From Opitutales bacterium (GTDB lineage: Bacteria > Verrucomicrobiota > Verrucomicrobiia > Opitutales > JBHJGM01), in assembly GCA_050331595.1 (NCBI GenBank), contig JBHJGQ010000013.1:69911-133910 (forward strand): a DNA stretch of 64,000 nt. Direction: 5' to 3'. Every line of letters begins with the position of its first letter. Positions within the stretch are counted from its first letter, which is position 1. The notes under the pieces were generated by a model, which saw nothing but the letters and a program-made list of their open reading frames with translations, did not search any database and had not been told where the DNA came from. A program made the translations under genes and the position numbers. This document shows, in pieces, positions 28,155 to 38,000 of the stretch.

Positions 28155-28571
28155 GTGCGTGTAAGCGTACGTAATGGTTTTTGCGCTTGCGACCCCTTTG
28201 CCGAAGCGCCTTTGTGTATCCAGAAGGTGGAGACAAGGGACGAACAGCCGCAAGGCAGTTGGGAGGCGGGCACGCGCACGGCGCAGCCCTGGGGCCACCA
28301 GTTGGGCTTCGTGGCGGCGCTGGTGGTGTTCATCGTCACGTCCGTCGTCTGCTGGGGCGAGCTTCAGAAAGGGCAGCGTGAAGTGGCCTTTCAGCGTGAA
28401 CGTGAGGCCGCGCTCTCCTTGGAAATTCGCGCGCTGCAGGCCCGCATCGAGCGTCAGCGCGCCTTTGCCGAACGCCTGGAGACCGACGACGCACTGGCTG
28501 AACGCGTCCTGCGCGACCGCCTGGGCTACGTCCGCGAGGGCGACACGGTCTTTCGCTTCCCTCAGCAGTAG
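28155..28571 (+). CDS. ftsB: FtsB/DivIC-family septum formation initiator
   Basis: One TM (LGFVAALVVFIVTSVV), a coiled coil, and the C-terminal ERVLRDRLGYVREGDTVFRF motif. The start is uncertain; an in-frame GTG at 28227 would give a more typical length. Confidence 0.7.
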   Translation: MRVSVRNGFCACDPFAEAPLCIQKVETRDEQPQGSWEAGTRTAQPWGHQLGFVAALVVFIVTSVVCWGELQKGQREVAFQREREAALSLEIRALQARIERQRAFAERLETDDALAERVLRDRLGYVREGDTVFRFPQQ

Positions 28572-28684
28572 CCCGCCCGTTTCCAACGTCGACAGGTCCT
28601 GCGCCCATTCCAGTCTTGTGCGTGAGCGGCTCAAGCTGGCAGGCTCGCGCGGGAAATTTCGGGTTCCTTTGAAGTGAGCGAAGC

Positions 28685-30142
28685 ATGAGTACGGCAACGA
28701 TTTCTGAAGAGACCCTGCGCGCGCAGTTCCAGGCAGCGGGCCAGGGCCATGTGTTCCGCTTTTGGGACGACTTGAATGCGGACGAGCGTGCGCAGCTGCT
28801 CAGTGAAGCCGCCGAGATTGATCTGCTGGAGCTGGCACACCTCAACGAGACGCTGGTGCAGGGGCACTCGGGAGCCGGGGTCGACCTGTCTGATTTGGAG
28901 CCCGCGCCCTACGTTCCGCTGCCGGCCATGGACGATGCAGCCGGGCTGCGCGATCAGCAAGCCGCCCGGGAGATCGGCGACGGCGCGCTGCGGGCTGGTC
29001 GGGTGGCCGCGTTTGTCGTGGCGGGCGGTCAAGGCACGCGCCTGGGCTACGACGGGCCCAAGGGCACGTTCCCCGTCACCCCGGTCCAGCAAAAAACGCT
29101 CTTCCAGGTCTTTGCCGAAACAATCCTAGCGGCGCGCCAGCGCTACCGAGCGGCCATTCCCTGGTTCATCATGACCAGCCACGCCAACCACGAGGCCACC
29201 GCGAGCTTCTTCGAGGCGCACGACTGGTTCGGCCTGGGTGCGGACAGCGTGCACCTGTTTCGCCAGGGCCGGATGCCAGCGGTTGACCCCGCCGGGAAAA
29301 TCCTGCTCGCGGCCCGGCATTCCATCGCGATGAGCCCGGACGGTCACGGCGGTTCCCTGCGTGCGCTGGTGCGCTCCGGGGCCTGCCGGACGATGGCAGC
29401 CGCGGGCATCGACACTCTGTCGTATTTCCAGGTGGACAATCCGCTGGTGCCGGTCATCGACCCGGTCTTCATCGGCTACCATCTGCAGGGGCACAGCGAC
29501 TGCTCCAGCATCATGATCCCCAAGGCCTACGCCAAGGAGAAGCTGGGGCACTTCTGCCGTCAACGCGGGCGCACCGTTGTCATCGAGTACTCCGACCTGC
29601 CCGACGCACTGGCCGAGCAGCGCGACGCCCATGGCCAGTTGTATTACCGCGCCGGCTCCATTGCCATCCACGTTTTCGCGCGGGGCTTCATCGAGCGCTG
29701 CGGCTCGGGCGAGGACCCGGCCCTGCGGCTGGGCTTCCACCGCGCCGACAAAAAGATCGCCACCGTCGACGAGGCGGGCCAGCCCGTAAAGCCCGACGCG
29801 CCTAACGGGGTGAAGTTCGAGATGTTCGTCTTTGACGCCTTGCCGTTCGCCCAGAACCCCGTCATCGTGGAGGCGCGCCGTGCGGATGTCTTCAGCCCGG
29901 TCAAAAACGCCGAGGGCGTCGATTCGCCTCAGAGCAGCCGCGACGACCAGTGCCGCCAGGGCGCGCGCTGGCTCAAGGCCGCCGGTGTGGCGGTGGAATG
30001 CGACGACTCCGGCCTGCCGCCTTTCAGCCTCGAGATCAGCCCGCTTTTCGCCAGCGACGAGGCCACCTTTGTCGCGAAATGGCAGGCCCTGCCCGAAAGC
30101 GAGCGCCCGACCCTGACCGAGGGCTTTTACCTGGGTACGTGA
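28685..30142 (+). CDS. UDPGP type 1 family (UAP1-like) UDP-sugar / UDP-N-acetylhexosamine pyrophosphorylase
   Basis: 485 aa. AAFVVAGGQGTRLGYDGPKGTFPV, WFIMTS, YFQVDNPLV and GVKFEMFVFD are UAP1/UDPGP motifs. Confidence 0.85.
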   Translation: MSTATISEETLRAQFQAAGQGHVFRFWDDLNADERAQLLSEAAEIDLLELAHLNETLVQGHSGAGVDLSDLEPAPYVPLPAMDDAAGLRDQQAAREIGDGALRAGRVAAFVVAGGQGTRLGYDGPKGTFPVTPVQQKTLFQVFAETILAARQRYRAAIPWFIMTSHANHEATASFFEAHDWFGLGADSVHLFRQGRMPAVDPAGKILLAARHSIAMSPDGHGGSLRALVRSGACRTMAAAGIDTLSYFQVDNPLVPVIDPVFIGYHLQGHSDCSSIMIPKAYAKEKLGHFCRQRGRTVVIEYSDLPDALAEQRDAHGQLYYRAGSIAIHVFARGFIERCGSGEDPALRLGFHRADKKIATVDEAGQPVKPDAPNGVKFEMFVFDALPFAQNPVIVEARRADVFSPVKNAEGVDSPQSSRDDQCRQGARWLKAAGVAVECDDSGLPPFSLEISPLFASDEATFVAKWQALPESERPTLTEGFYLGT

Positions 30143-30316
30143 CCACGGTTGCGATCAGTGCCCGCTTTTCTTGATGACAAGGACGGTGCGGCGTCCCTAG
30201 ATTGACGGCTTGCGCGCAATGCCACCGGGGTGGGACGCAACGGTGACCCCGAGGCCTTCGAGCACTTCACCCAACCTGACGCGTCACGCCGTTTTTGTTT
30301 TCCTCGCCCAGCCACC

Positions 30317-32308
30317 ATGTCCGTAGCCGATACCGCCGACCTCGTCACGCAAGTGCGTGATGCCGAGAAGAAAAGCAGCCTGCTGGAGAGCAGCGCCCGC
30401 CACCTGTGCGCCTGGCTGGAGGCCGGTTTCCTGCCCGACTGGGCTCTGGCTTCGCTGGCCGAATTGATCGAAGCCGGCGACTGGGACAGCCTCAACGACC
30501 GCTTTTTCAAGCAGCTGAGCTTTGGCACCGGCGGCATTCGCGGTAAAACCATCGCCGCCCGCGTCACCGAAGCCGAGAAGGGGCGCCCCTCCGAATTGGG
30601 CGCACCCGAGCATCCGGGCGTGGGCACCGCGATGCTCAACGATTTTGTGGTCGTACGTGCGGCGATTGGCTTTTTCCGCTACGCGGAGGCCTACCTGGCC
30701 GAGGACCCGCTGCGTTTCGAGGTGCCAAAAATCGTCATCAGCCACGATGTGCGCCATTACTCCCGTGACTTTGCCGAACTGGTCGCCTCAACCTGGACGC
30801 GGCTGGGCGGCATCGCCCTGCTCTTTGACGGCCCGCGCTCCACACCCCAACTCAGCTTCGCCGTGCGCCAGCTGGGGTGTACCTGCGGCGCCATGATCAC
30901 CGCCAGCCACAACCCCCCCGAGGACAACGGCTTCAAGGCCTATTTCGAGGACGGCGGCCAGACCGTCACCCCCCATGCCGAGGGCATTCTCGAGAAGGTC
31001 AACGCCGTCGCGCTGAAGGAGATCCCGCCCTTCCTGAAGGTCAACCTCAAGGGCGTCTCCATCCTGGGCAAGGAAGTCGACGAGGCCTACCTCGACGTGC
31101 TCGAAGAAACCGTGCTCGACCAGGAGGTGCTCGAAGATTCGCCGCCCAAGGTGGTCTTCACCCCTATCCACGGCACCGGAGCCATTTCCTCCGTCCCCGC
31201 CCTACGCCGTTTTGGTGTCGAGGCCATGGTACCCGAAGCCCAGGGCAAGCCCGATGGACGCTTCCCCACCGTCCGTTCGCCTAATCCTGAAAACGCCGAG
31301 GCCCTCGAGGTCGCCATCGCTCTGGCCAACGACGAAGACGCCGACCTGGTCCTCGCCACCGACCCCGATGCCGACCGCATGGGGGTGGCCGTTCCGGGCT
31401 CGGGCGAGGACGAGGACTGGGTGCTGCTCACGGGCAACGTCATCGGCTCGCTCCTGGCTGAGTACCGCATCACCACGCTCAAGGAGATGGAAATCCTGCC
31501 CGAGGTCGGCACCGACAAAGCTGCCTTGATCAAGACCTTTGTCACCACGCCGATGCAGAAAGCCATCGCCGAGGAGCATGGACTCAAGGTCATCGACACG
31601 CTGACCGGCTTCAAGTGGATCGGCGAAAAGCTCAAGCTCTATGAGGCCGAGATGGCCGCCGGGCTGCTCGAGGAAGAAGGTCTCGTCATCGACTACGACG
31701 CCACCGACATCTCCACCCGCGTGCAGATTCTCCTCGAGTACAGCACCTACTACGTTTTTGGCGGCGAGGAGAGTTACGGCTACCTGGCCAGCGACCGTGT
31801 CCGCGACAAAGACGCCAACAGCGCCGCGCTCATGTTCTGCGAACTGGCCGCCTACTTAAAGCGCAATAACCTCACCGTCCTCGAGTACTTGGACGGCCTG
31901 TATGAGAAATACGGATACTTCAAGGAGAGCCTGCTCAACCTCTACTTCGAGGGCGCCGAGGGCTCGGCCAAGATCCAGCGCATCATCCAGAGCTATCGCG
32001 ACGACGCCCCCGAGTCCATGGCCGGCTTCGACGTGGAAAAGGTCACCGACTTTGGCACCCAGGACCTCGAGGACGCCGACGGCAAGCCCATCCCCAAAGA
32101 AGACTTTTTCTTCCTCGAACTGGCCGGCGGCTACAGCTACGCCGTGCGTGGTTCCGGCACCGAACCCAAGATCAAATTCTACACCTTCGCCCACGAACCG
32201 GTTGAGGAGCCCGGCGACCTGCCCGGCGCCAAGGCCAAGGCGGCGGAAACCCTTCAGCAGCTGGCCGACGCGCTCGAAGTCGACGCCAAGGAGCGCGCCG
32301 AAGGCTAG
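30317..32308 (+). CDS. phospho-sugar mutase (PgcA/PGM2-type alpha-D-phosphohexomutase)
   Basis: ATG at 30317 within the track ORF. FGTGGIRG, active-site ITASHNPPEDNGFKAY, metal loop ATDPDADRMG, GEESYG. Confidence 0.9.
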   Translation: MSVADTADLVTQVRDAEKKSSLLESSARHLCAWLEAGFLPDWALASLAELIEAGDWDSLNDRFFKQLSFGTGGIRGKTIAARVTEAEKGRPSELGAPEHPGVGTAMLNDFVVVRAAIGFFRYAEAYLAEDPLRFEVPKIVISHDVRHYSRDFAELVASTWTRLGGIALLFDGPRSTPQLSFAVRQLGCTCGAMITASHNPPEDNGFKAYFEDGGQTVTPHAEGILEKVNAVALKEIPPFLKVNLKGVSILGKEVDEAYLDVLEETVLDQEVLEDSPPKVVFTPIHGTGAISSVPALRRFGVEAMVPEAQGKPDGRFPTVRSPNPENAEALEVAIALANDEDADLVLATDPDADRMGVAVPGSGEDEDWVLLTGNVIGSLLAEYRITTLKEMEILPEVGTDKAALIKTFVTTPMQKAIAEEHGLKVIDTLTGFKWIGEKLKLYEAEMAAGLLEEEGLVIDYDATDISTRVQILLEYSTYYVFGGEESYGYLASDRVRDKDANSAALMFCELAAYLKRNNLTVLEYLDGLYEKYGYFKESLLNLYFEGAEGSAKIQRIIQSYRDDAPESMAGFDVEKVTDFGTQDLEDADGKPIPKEDFFFLELAGGYSYAVRGSGTEPKIKFYTFAHEPVEEPGDLPGAKAKAAETLQQLADALEVDAKERAEG

Positions 32309-32344
32309 TCGTCCACCGCATTTTTCAACCGGAGGCAACAACCA

Positions 32345-32905
32345 GTGCGGCGGCTGTTCGTGGCGATTGAACTGCCCGACTACGTCCGCGCGGCCCTCCG
32401 CGGCGTCGCCGAACCGCTCAGCCGCGTGTCCTGGACGCCCGAGGACAATTTCCACCTCACCCTCAAATTCATCGGCGAGGCTGGAGCGGGCTTTGAGGAG
32501 GCTGCTATCGAGGCCTTCGCGCAGGCACGTTTCCCCGCTTTCATGCTTGAGGTCAGTGGGGTGGGGCGTTTTCCCGAACGCGGTCCGCCCCGAGTCCTTT
32601 GGGCCGGTCTGGGCAGCGGGCACCCGGTGCTTTTCCAACTGCAGCAACGCCTCGAAAGCGACCTCTTTAATCTCGGTCTGGACCCAGGCAAGCGTGCCTT
32701 TCACCCGCACATCACGCTGGGCCGCAGCAACGGGCTTTCCGGTGAGCAGGCGCGGCAGTTTTTGAAGCGCCACGAGGATTTCGGCACGGCGCCTTTCCGC
32801 GTCGAGCACTTCGTCTTGCTGGAGACGGTGCGCCACCCCGGCGAGCGCCCGCGCTACCTGCAGCGTCGCGCCTTTGCCCTCGAAGGCGGCGTGGCCGCTG
32901 GGTGA
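32345..32905 (+). CDS. thpR: RNA 2',3'-cyclic phosphodiesterase (2H family, LigT/ThpR)
   Basis: RLFVAIELP plus the two H-x-T-x motifs (FHLTLKF, PHITLGR). Confidence 0.85.
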   Translation: MRRLFVAIELPDYVRAALRGVAEPLSRVSWTPEDNFHLTLKFIGEAGAGFEEAAIEAFAQARFPAFMLEVSGVGRFPERGPPRVLWAGLGSGHPVLFQLQQRLESDLFNLGLDPGKRAFHPHITLGRSNGLSGEQARQFLKRHEDFGTAPFRVEHFVLLETVRHPGERPRYLQRRAFALEGGVAAG

Positions 32906-32978
32906 AATTCAAATCGCCGGGAAGAAATCGGCCTGTGGTTTGCTCCTACCATCTGCAACCACTAACGAAGGACTCTTT

Positions 32979-33599
32979 ATGCGACAGGCGTTGATCTATC
33001 TCGTAGCTGCCGGACTGTTTGGCGGAGCGCTCTACCTCAGCTCCAATGAACCCATTAAACCCGCACAGATGCCGAAGGAAAAACCTGAAAATCTCCAAGT
33101 TGCCACCGTTGCCGGTGGTTGTTTCTGGTGCGTCGAAGCTGTCTTCGAGCGCATCGACGGTGTTTACTCCGTCACCAGCGGCTACACGGGCGGCCACGTT
33201 GAAGACCCGACCTACGAGCAGGTCATCGGCAAACGCACTGGCCACGCCGAAGCCGTGCGTATCGAGTATGACGGGGACAAGCTAGGGTACGACGAACTCC
33301 TGAGCCTCTTCTGGCAGGCCCACGACCCAACGACCCTGAACCGCCAGGGCAACGACGTTGGCCCGCAATACCGGTCGGCCATTTTCGTGCACTCGCCCGA
33401 GCAGCGCGAAATCGCGGAACAATCCAAGAAAGTAGCCCAAAAGGATTTTGTCGTGCCAATTGTGACTGAAATCAGCGACGCTGGCACCTTCTATCCGGCC
33501 GAAGATTACCACCAGGATTTCTTCGATAACAACCCGAACAACGGTTACTGCCGCTACGTCATTGCCCCTAAATTGCGCAAGCTCAACCTTGCACAATAG
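32979..33599 (+). CDS. msrA: peptide-methionine (S)-S-oxide reductase, with N-terminal signal or anchor
   Basis: ATG at 32979. Hydrophobic N-terminus, then ATVAGGCFWCVEAVFERIDGV...SGYTGG...HDPTTLNRQGNDVGPQYRS. Confidence 0.95.
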   Translation: MRQALIYLVAAGLFGGALYLSSNEPIKPAQMPKEKPENLQVATVAGGCFWCVEAVFERIDGVYSVTSGYTGGHVEDPTYEQVIGKRTGHAEAVRIEYDGDKLGYDELLSLFWQAHDPTTLNRQGNDVGPQYRSAIFVHSPEQREIAEQSKKVAQKDFVVPIVTEISDAGTFYPAEDYHQDFFDNNPNNGYCRYVIAPKLRKLNLAQ

Positions 33600-33631
33600 G
33601 CGCCCGGGAAACTCCACTTTTCCATCTAAAG

Positions 33632-33659
33632 CGGCGTCTTTGATTGGACGCCGTTTTTA
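33632..33659 (+). terminator. rho-independent terminator downstream of msrA
   Basis: 7-bp GC-rich stem CGGCGTC / GACGCCG (33632-33638 and 33647-33653) with an 8-nt loop, followed by TTTTT. Confidence 0.6.
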
Positions 33660-33845
33660 TCTACCGCCCTTCCGAGCTGAAGCCGCATCGGCAGGGACCT
33701 AGCATCAACGGACGTCCACAACCCCGAATCGTGCAGTGGCCTACATCCGTGTCGAAACGGAGCCAGCGCAATAAATACCAACCGATGCCGCGCCTGCAGC
33801 GAGCTCGAAATGAAGTATCATCCGCTAGAACAACGGCGCTTGAAA

Positions 33846-33923
33846 TGGCGTCCCCTAGGGGATTCGAACCCCTGTTGCTGGAATGAAAATCCAGAGTCCT
33901 AGACCTGCCTAGACGAAGGGGAC
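33846..33923 (-). tRNA. tRNA-Glu (anticodon UUC), CCA encoded
   Basis: The reverse complement reads GTCCCCTTCGTCTAGGCAGGTCTAGGACTCTGGATTTTCATTCCAGCAACAGGGGTTCGAATCCCCTAGGGGACGCCA. It has a cloverleaf, a TTC anticodon in a 7-nt loop and a GGTTCGAATCC T-arm, and is nearly identical at both ends to E. coli tRNA-Glu. Confidence 0.95.
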
Positions 33924-34059
33924 GTGGTCTGAACGAACGGTTGATGCCGTCATCAGGAAACAGCGAAAACTACACGCGAAGCTCAGCGGCGCAAGGAATT
34001 TTTTGGTTTCGCGGCACTGAGGGTTGCGCCGGTGCCTGGTGTCGCGCGAAAACGTGGGC

Positions 34060-34995
34060 ATGCGGATGGAGGCATTGCAGAAGGCCCTAAGCGGGCCGTG
34101 CGTTACGAGCCAGGCCGACCTGGCGCTAAAGCATCTTGGCTCAGGCAAGGTGCGCGAAATTTTTGACGCGGGCGACGACCACCACCTCCTGATCGTTGCC
34201 ACGGATCGCCTGTCGGCCTTCGACGTCATTCTGCCGACGGGCATTCCGGGTAAGGGCGTGCTGCTGACGCAAATTAGCCTGTGGTGGTTTGCGCGAGCGG
34301 CAGCGGTCATGCCACATCACCTCGCGGACGACCACGACGCACGTCTACGCGCTTTGCTCGATCAAATCGGCGGCAGCGACTGCTTTGAACGTTCGATGCT
34401 GGTGCGTCGGCTGGAACCGTTGCCGCTGGAGGCGGTGGTGCGCGGTTACCTCGCTGGCAGCGCCTGGAAAGATTATCAGCAAAATGGCGCCGTGCAGGGG
34501 CACGCCTTGCCGCAGGATCTGCGCGAAGCCTCGAAACTACCGGAGCCGTTGTTTACGCCGACGACCAAGGCGCAGGCGGGCCACGATCAACCGCTGACTC
34601 AGGCCGAGGCGCGCGCGCTGGTCGGCGACGCAACCTTTGACACGGTCAAGCGGGCTTCCCTGGCCTTGTTTCAACTGGGCGCCCAGGCCGCTGATGCCTG
34701 CGGGTTGATCCTGGCGGACACGAAGTTTGAGTTTGGCCGCGATGCCGACGGGAGCCTGCACCTGATCGACGAGGTGCTCACGCCAGACTCCTCGCGCTAT
34801 TGGCCGCGCGACGGTTACACGCCTGGTCGCGCGCAACCCGCTTTCGACAAGCAATATGTGCGCGATTACCTTGAGGGTCTCGATTGGGACAAAACCGCCC
34901 CGGGCCCGGACTTGCCGCCCAGCGTTGTTCAGCGCACGCAGGAGCGCTACCTGGAGACCTGCCGCCGCCTGATGGACCCTTCCGTGCGTGCTTGA
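34060..34995 (+). CDS. purC: phosphoribosylaminoimidazole-succinocarboxamide (SAICAR) synthase
   Basis: GSGKVREIFD...LLIVATDRLSAFDVILPTGIPGKGVLLTQIS...LADTKFEFG. Start taken at the Met at 34060; 34066 is also possible. Confidence 0.93.
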   Translation: MRMEALQKALSGPCVTSQADLALKHLGSGKVREIFDAGDDHHLLIVATDRLSAFDVILPTGIPGKGVLLTQISLWWFARAAAVMPHHLADDHDARLRALLDQIGGSDCFERSMLVRRLEPLPLEAVVRGYLAGSAWKDYQQNGAVQGHALPQDLREASKLPEPLFTPTTKAQAGHDQPLTQAEARALVGDATFDTVKRASLALFQLGAQAADACGLILADTKFEFGRDADGSLHLIDEVLTPDSSRYWPRDGYTPGRAQPAFDKQYVRDYLEGLDWDKTAPGPDLPPSVVQRTQERYLETCRRLMDPSVRA

Positions 34996-35050
34996 CACCG
35001 ATGCGCCGACACGGTTGTCTGCTCGTTTTGATTAACGCCCCAGAGCCGCC

Positions 35051-35185
35051 ATGCAACCGACTTTCCGACCCTCCCGTCTCAAGCGCGCCCGTCGTTGCGG
35101 GTTTCGTGCCCGCAAGCTGACCCGCGGCGGTCGCAAGGTGCTGGCCAACCGCCGGCGCAAGGGACGCAAGCGTCTGGCGGGTTGA
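35051..35185 (+). CDS. rpmH: 50S ribosomal protein L34
   Basis: Not in the ORF track because it is under 60 aa. Hand translation gives [44 protein letters not shown], the L34 signature, directly upstream of rnpA. Confidence 0.9.
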   Translation: MQPTFRPSRLKRARRCGFRARKLTRGGRKVLANRRRKGRKRLAG

Positions 35186-35229
35186 TTCCGCCGGCGGTGG
35201 AGCCTGTGTTGGGGATAGCGGGAGTGACC

Positions 35230-35637
35230 ATGGCGACGGTGTCGCAGCGTTTTGGCGCGGCCCGGCGGCTGAAGCGCCCGGCTGATTTCGCGGCGGTGCG
35301 CAGCCGAAGCGCGCGGGCCGAGTGCGGTACGTTTTTCCTGCGGCTGCGCTTACGGCGAACGGGCGAAGGTCCCGAACCCGCGCGGTTGGGCCTTGTAGCT
35401 TCGCGCAAAGTGGGCAACGCGGTGGTGCGCAATCGAGCCAAGCGGCGTTTTCGCGAAATCTTTCGCAAGCATCCTGAGGTGCTGCCGGCCTATGCCGACG
35501 TGGTGGTCATTTGCCGTGCGGCGGTGGCAACGGAAGCCTTTGCGGCGCTCGAGTCAGCGTTTTTGCGCGGGGTGGAGAAAGCTCAAGGCCGCGCGCGTCG
35601 CCCCAGCGGGGACATTCCGTCAGGAGGTCGACAGTGA
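35230..35637 (+). CDS. rnpA: ribonuclease P protein component
   Basis: [11 protein letters not shown]...[30 protein letters not shown] at 35230 within a longer track ORF. Canonical rpmH-rnpA order. Confidence 0.85.
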   Translation: MATVSQRFGAARRLKRPADFAAVRSRSARAECGTFFLRLRLRRTGEGPEPARLGLVASRKVGNAVVRNRAKRRFREIFRKHPEVLPAYADVVVICRAAVATEAFAALESAFLRGVEKAQGRARRPSGDIPSGGRQ

Positions 35638-35987
35638 ACGTCGCCTATCTTTTCCACGCGCTAAGCCGAGTGCTGGCCATGCTGGCGATGGGCCTGGTGC
35701 AGGTCTACCGCTACACCCTCTCGCCGCTCAAGCGCCTGCTCTTTGGCCCCAACTGCGGATGCCGGTTTCATCCGACATGTTCGGCCTACGCCTTGGAGAG
35801 CTTGCGCCAACATGGCATCGTACGTGGGGGCTGGTTGTCGTTGCGGCGTATCCTGCGCTGCCACCCCTTTCATCCTGGCGGCCACGACCCAGTGCCCCAG
35901 GCCTGTCACGTACATTCCTCCGGAACGCCGGCCCATGAGACGGGTCGGGCTACGGAACCGAGCGACGGCTCCGCCACCCAAAGCTGA
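35634..35987 (+). CDS. yidD: membrane protein insertion efficiency factor YidD, with C-terminal extension
   Basis: GTG at 35634 overlaps the rnpA TGA (GTGA). YRYTLSPL...[19 protein letters not shown]...[24 protein letters not shown], followed by about 30 extra residues. Confidence 0.8.
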   Translation: MNVAYLFHALSRVLAMLAMGLVQVYRYTLSPLKRLLFGPNCGCRFHPTCSAYALESLRQHGIVRGGWLSLRRILRCHPFHPGGHDPVPQACHVHSSGTPAHETGRATEPSDGSATQS

Positions 35988-36011
35988 CATTTTTCGACAC
36001 GCCCTACGCGG

Positions 36012-38000
36012 ATGGACAAAAAGAATCTGATCATTGGACTGGTCCTGTTGATGGCGGCCTTTTTGTCGCTGCAGTTCACCGCGCCCAACCCGCCCCCACC
36101 ACAGGAAACCGCCCGGGAACGTTCGGGCGAAGCGGAACCTGAGCGTGTGCCCACGCCGGAGAACACCGACGATACCGTGGTGGACGGGCCTGCCGAGGAA
36201 GCCCCGCAGAGAATCTCGGACTCCATCGAGCCGATTCCGACGACGGACGACGCCGAGCCTTCGCTTGTGCGCCGCAGCAAACGTGCCGACGAAGAAGCGG
36301 CGCTGCCCGAGGAGAAAGTCACCCTCAGCAACGGCTTTATCGAGGTCACCTTCACCAATGACGGCGGTGCCATCGAGCAGGTAGCGCTTGTGGCCGAAGA
36401 GAACGGCAAGCTGGCCTATCCCACCGAGATCGACGGCGATGTACCGGTCGTTTTCAATCCGTCCGGAGCCCAGCCCGCATTGGGCCTGAGTCGGCCCGCC
36501 GGCGGTTCGGCCAATCGCCCCGGCCCGCGCCTGCGCCGCTTCACGCTCGAAAAGCTCGACGAAGCGCAGCTGGCCATTTCGTTCATTCGCCGCGATCCCG
36601 ACGGGGTCATCATTCGGCGCGTGTACTCACTGCAGCAGCAGGGCGAGGAGTCGGAGGAGTACATTATCAACCACAAGACGGAGTTCGGCTACCAGCCGCC
36701 GGCGGGACGAGAAGACACCGTCGTGCCGTTGAGCTTCTTCGTGGGTTTGGGTGCGTTGCCACCCACCGGTGGCGTCGGCGCGGCAGAGGCGTTGGCGGCG
36801 GGTGTGTATGACGGTGACGAGGCCAACTTTTTCAGTGTGACCAATTTCTTCGCCAGCAGCGGTTTTCTGGGGCTGTTCGGCGGGGGTCCGGGCCAGGAAG
36901 TGCTACTGGAAAGCACCCCGGGCACGCGCTGGGCCACGGTCAAGAACCAGTTCTTTGCGGGCATTCTCACACTGGGTACAGAGACCTTTGGTTCGCGCCT
37001 GTACGTGGACGACCTGCTGCTCGACCCGGACGAGTTTGACCGGCGCAAAGCCACCGGCCTGGAGGCGTCCTTGCTGATCGACATGGGCGAACTGGCCCCC
37101 AACGAAACCCGCGTGTTGGAGGCGGCTTTCTACGTGGGCCCGAAGGAGTATCGGCGGCTGACTGCGTTGGGCGGCGAGCAGGACGAGGTGATGCAGTTTG
37201 GCTGGTTCTCCTGGATCAGCATTCCGCTCTTGTTGGCCTTGAATGGCCTGCAGTGGGGTGTGGGCAACTGGGGTGTCGCGATCATCCTGCTGACCATCAT
37301 CGTCAAGGCGATCCTCTGGCCGTTGACGGCGGTACAAACGCGCTCGGCCAAGCGCATGCAGAAGATTTCCGGGCCAATGAAGGAGCTGCGGGAAAAGTAT
37401 AAGGACAACCCGCAGAAGATGCAGAAGGAGACCATGCGCCTGTTTAAGGAGCACAAGGTCAATCCCGCCGCCGGTTGCCTGCCGCTGCTGGTGCAGATGC
37501 CGATTTTCCTCGGCCTGTTCTTCATGTTGCGCACCGCTTCGGAGCTGCGCTACGCGGACTTTCTGTGGATCGCCGACCTCTCGGCGCAGGACCAGCTTTT
37601 TGTCATCGGCGGCTTTCCCTTCAACCTGCTGCCCATTCTGATGGCCCTCTCGATGTTTTTCCAGATGCGCATGACGCCTTCGCCGTCGACGGACAACCTG
37701 CAGCGCACGATCTTCCAGTTCATGCCGCTGGTGCTGTTGATCTTCCTCTACAGCTTTGCCAGCGGACTGGTGCTGTACTGGACGGTGAGCAACGTGCTCG
37801 GCATCTTCCAGCAGTGGCTGACCAACCGCTCGAAGGACCCTGTCGATGCGGTTGCTGTAAAAGAAGGCGACGCCACCGCCAGCGCGGGTCCCGGAGGCTC
37901 TGGTCCGCGCGGCGGCGGTGGTTCTGGTGGCAAAAGCAGCGGTACCAAAGGTGGCGGCACGCGCAGCCCGCAGCGCCCGCGCAGCAAGGCCCGGAAGTAA
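36012..38000 (+). CDS. yidC: membrane protein insertase YidC
   Basis: 662 aa. N-terminal TM, large periplasmic P1 domain, conserved core (ILLTIIVKAILWPLT, MQKISGPMKELREKYKDNPQKMQKETMRLFKEHKVNPAAGCLPLLVQMPIF, GLVLYW), and a Gly/Arg/Lys-rich C-terminal tail. Confidence 0.95.
   Translation: MDKKNLIIGLVLLMAAFLSLQFTAPNPPPPQETARERSGEAEPERVPTPENTDDTVVDGPAEEAPQRISDSIEPIPTTDDAEPSLVRRSKRADEEAALPEEKVTLSNGFIEVTFTNDGGAIEQVALVAEENGKLAYPTEIDGDVPVVFNPSGAQPALGLSRPAGGSANRPGPRLRRFTLEKLDEAQLAISFIRRDPDGVIIRRVYSLQQQGEESEEYIINHKTEFGYQPPAGREDTVVPLSFFVGLGALPPTGGVGAAEALAAGVYDGDEANFFSVTNFFASSGFLGLFGGGPGQEVLLESTPGTRWATVKNQFFAGILTLGTETFGSRLYVDDLLLDPDEFDRRKATGLEASLLIDMGELAPNETRVLEAAFYVGPKEYRRLTALGGEQDEVMQFGWFSWISIPLLLALNGLQWGVGNWGVAIILLTIIVKAILWPLTAVQTRSAKRMQKISGPMKELREKYKDNPQKMQKETMRLFKEHKVNPAAGCLPLLVQMPIFLGLFFMLRTASELRYADFLWIADLSAQDQLFVIGGFPFNLLPILMALSMFFQMRMTPSPSTDNLQRTIFQFMPLVLLIFLYSFASGLVLYWTVSNVLGIFQQWLTNRSKDPVDAVAVKEGDATASAGPGGSGPRGGGGSGGKSSGTKGGGTRSPQRPRSKARK

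Noticed and set aside
34996-36011. Possible chromosomal replication origin next to the rpmH-rnpA-yidD-yidC cluster
   Set aside because: This cluster neighbours dnaA/oriC in many bacteria. Here rpmH is preceded by purC with only a 55-bp spacer. No dnaA gene, AT-rich unwinding element or cluster of TTATCCACA-like boxes is visible.
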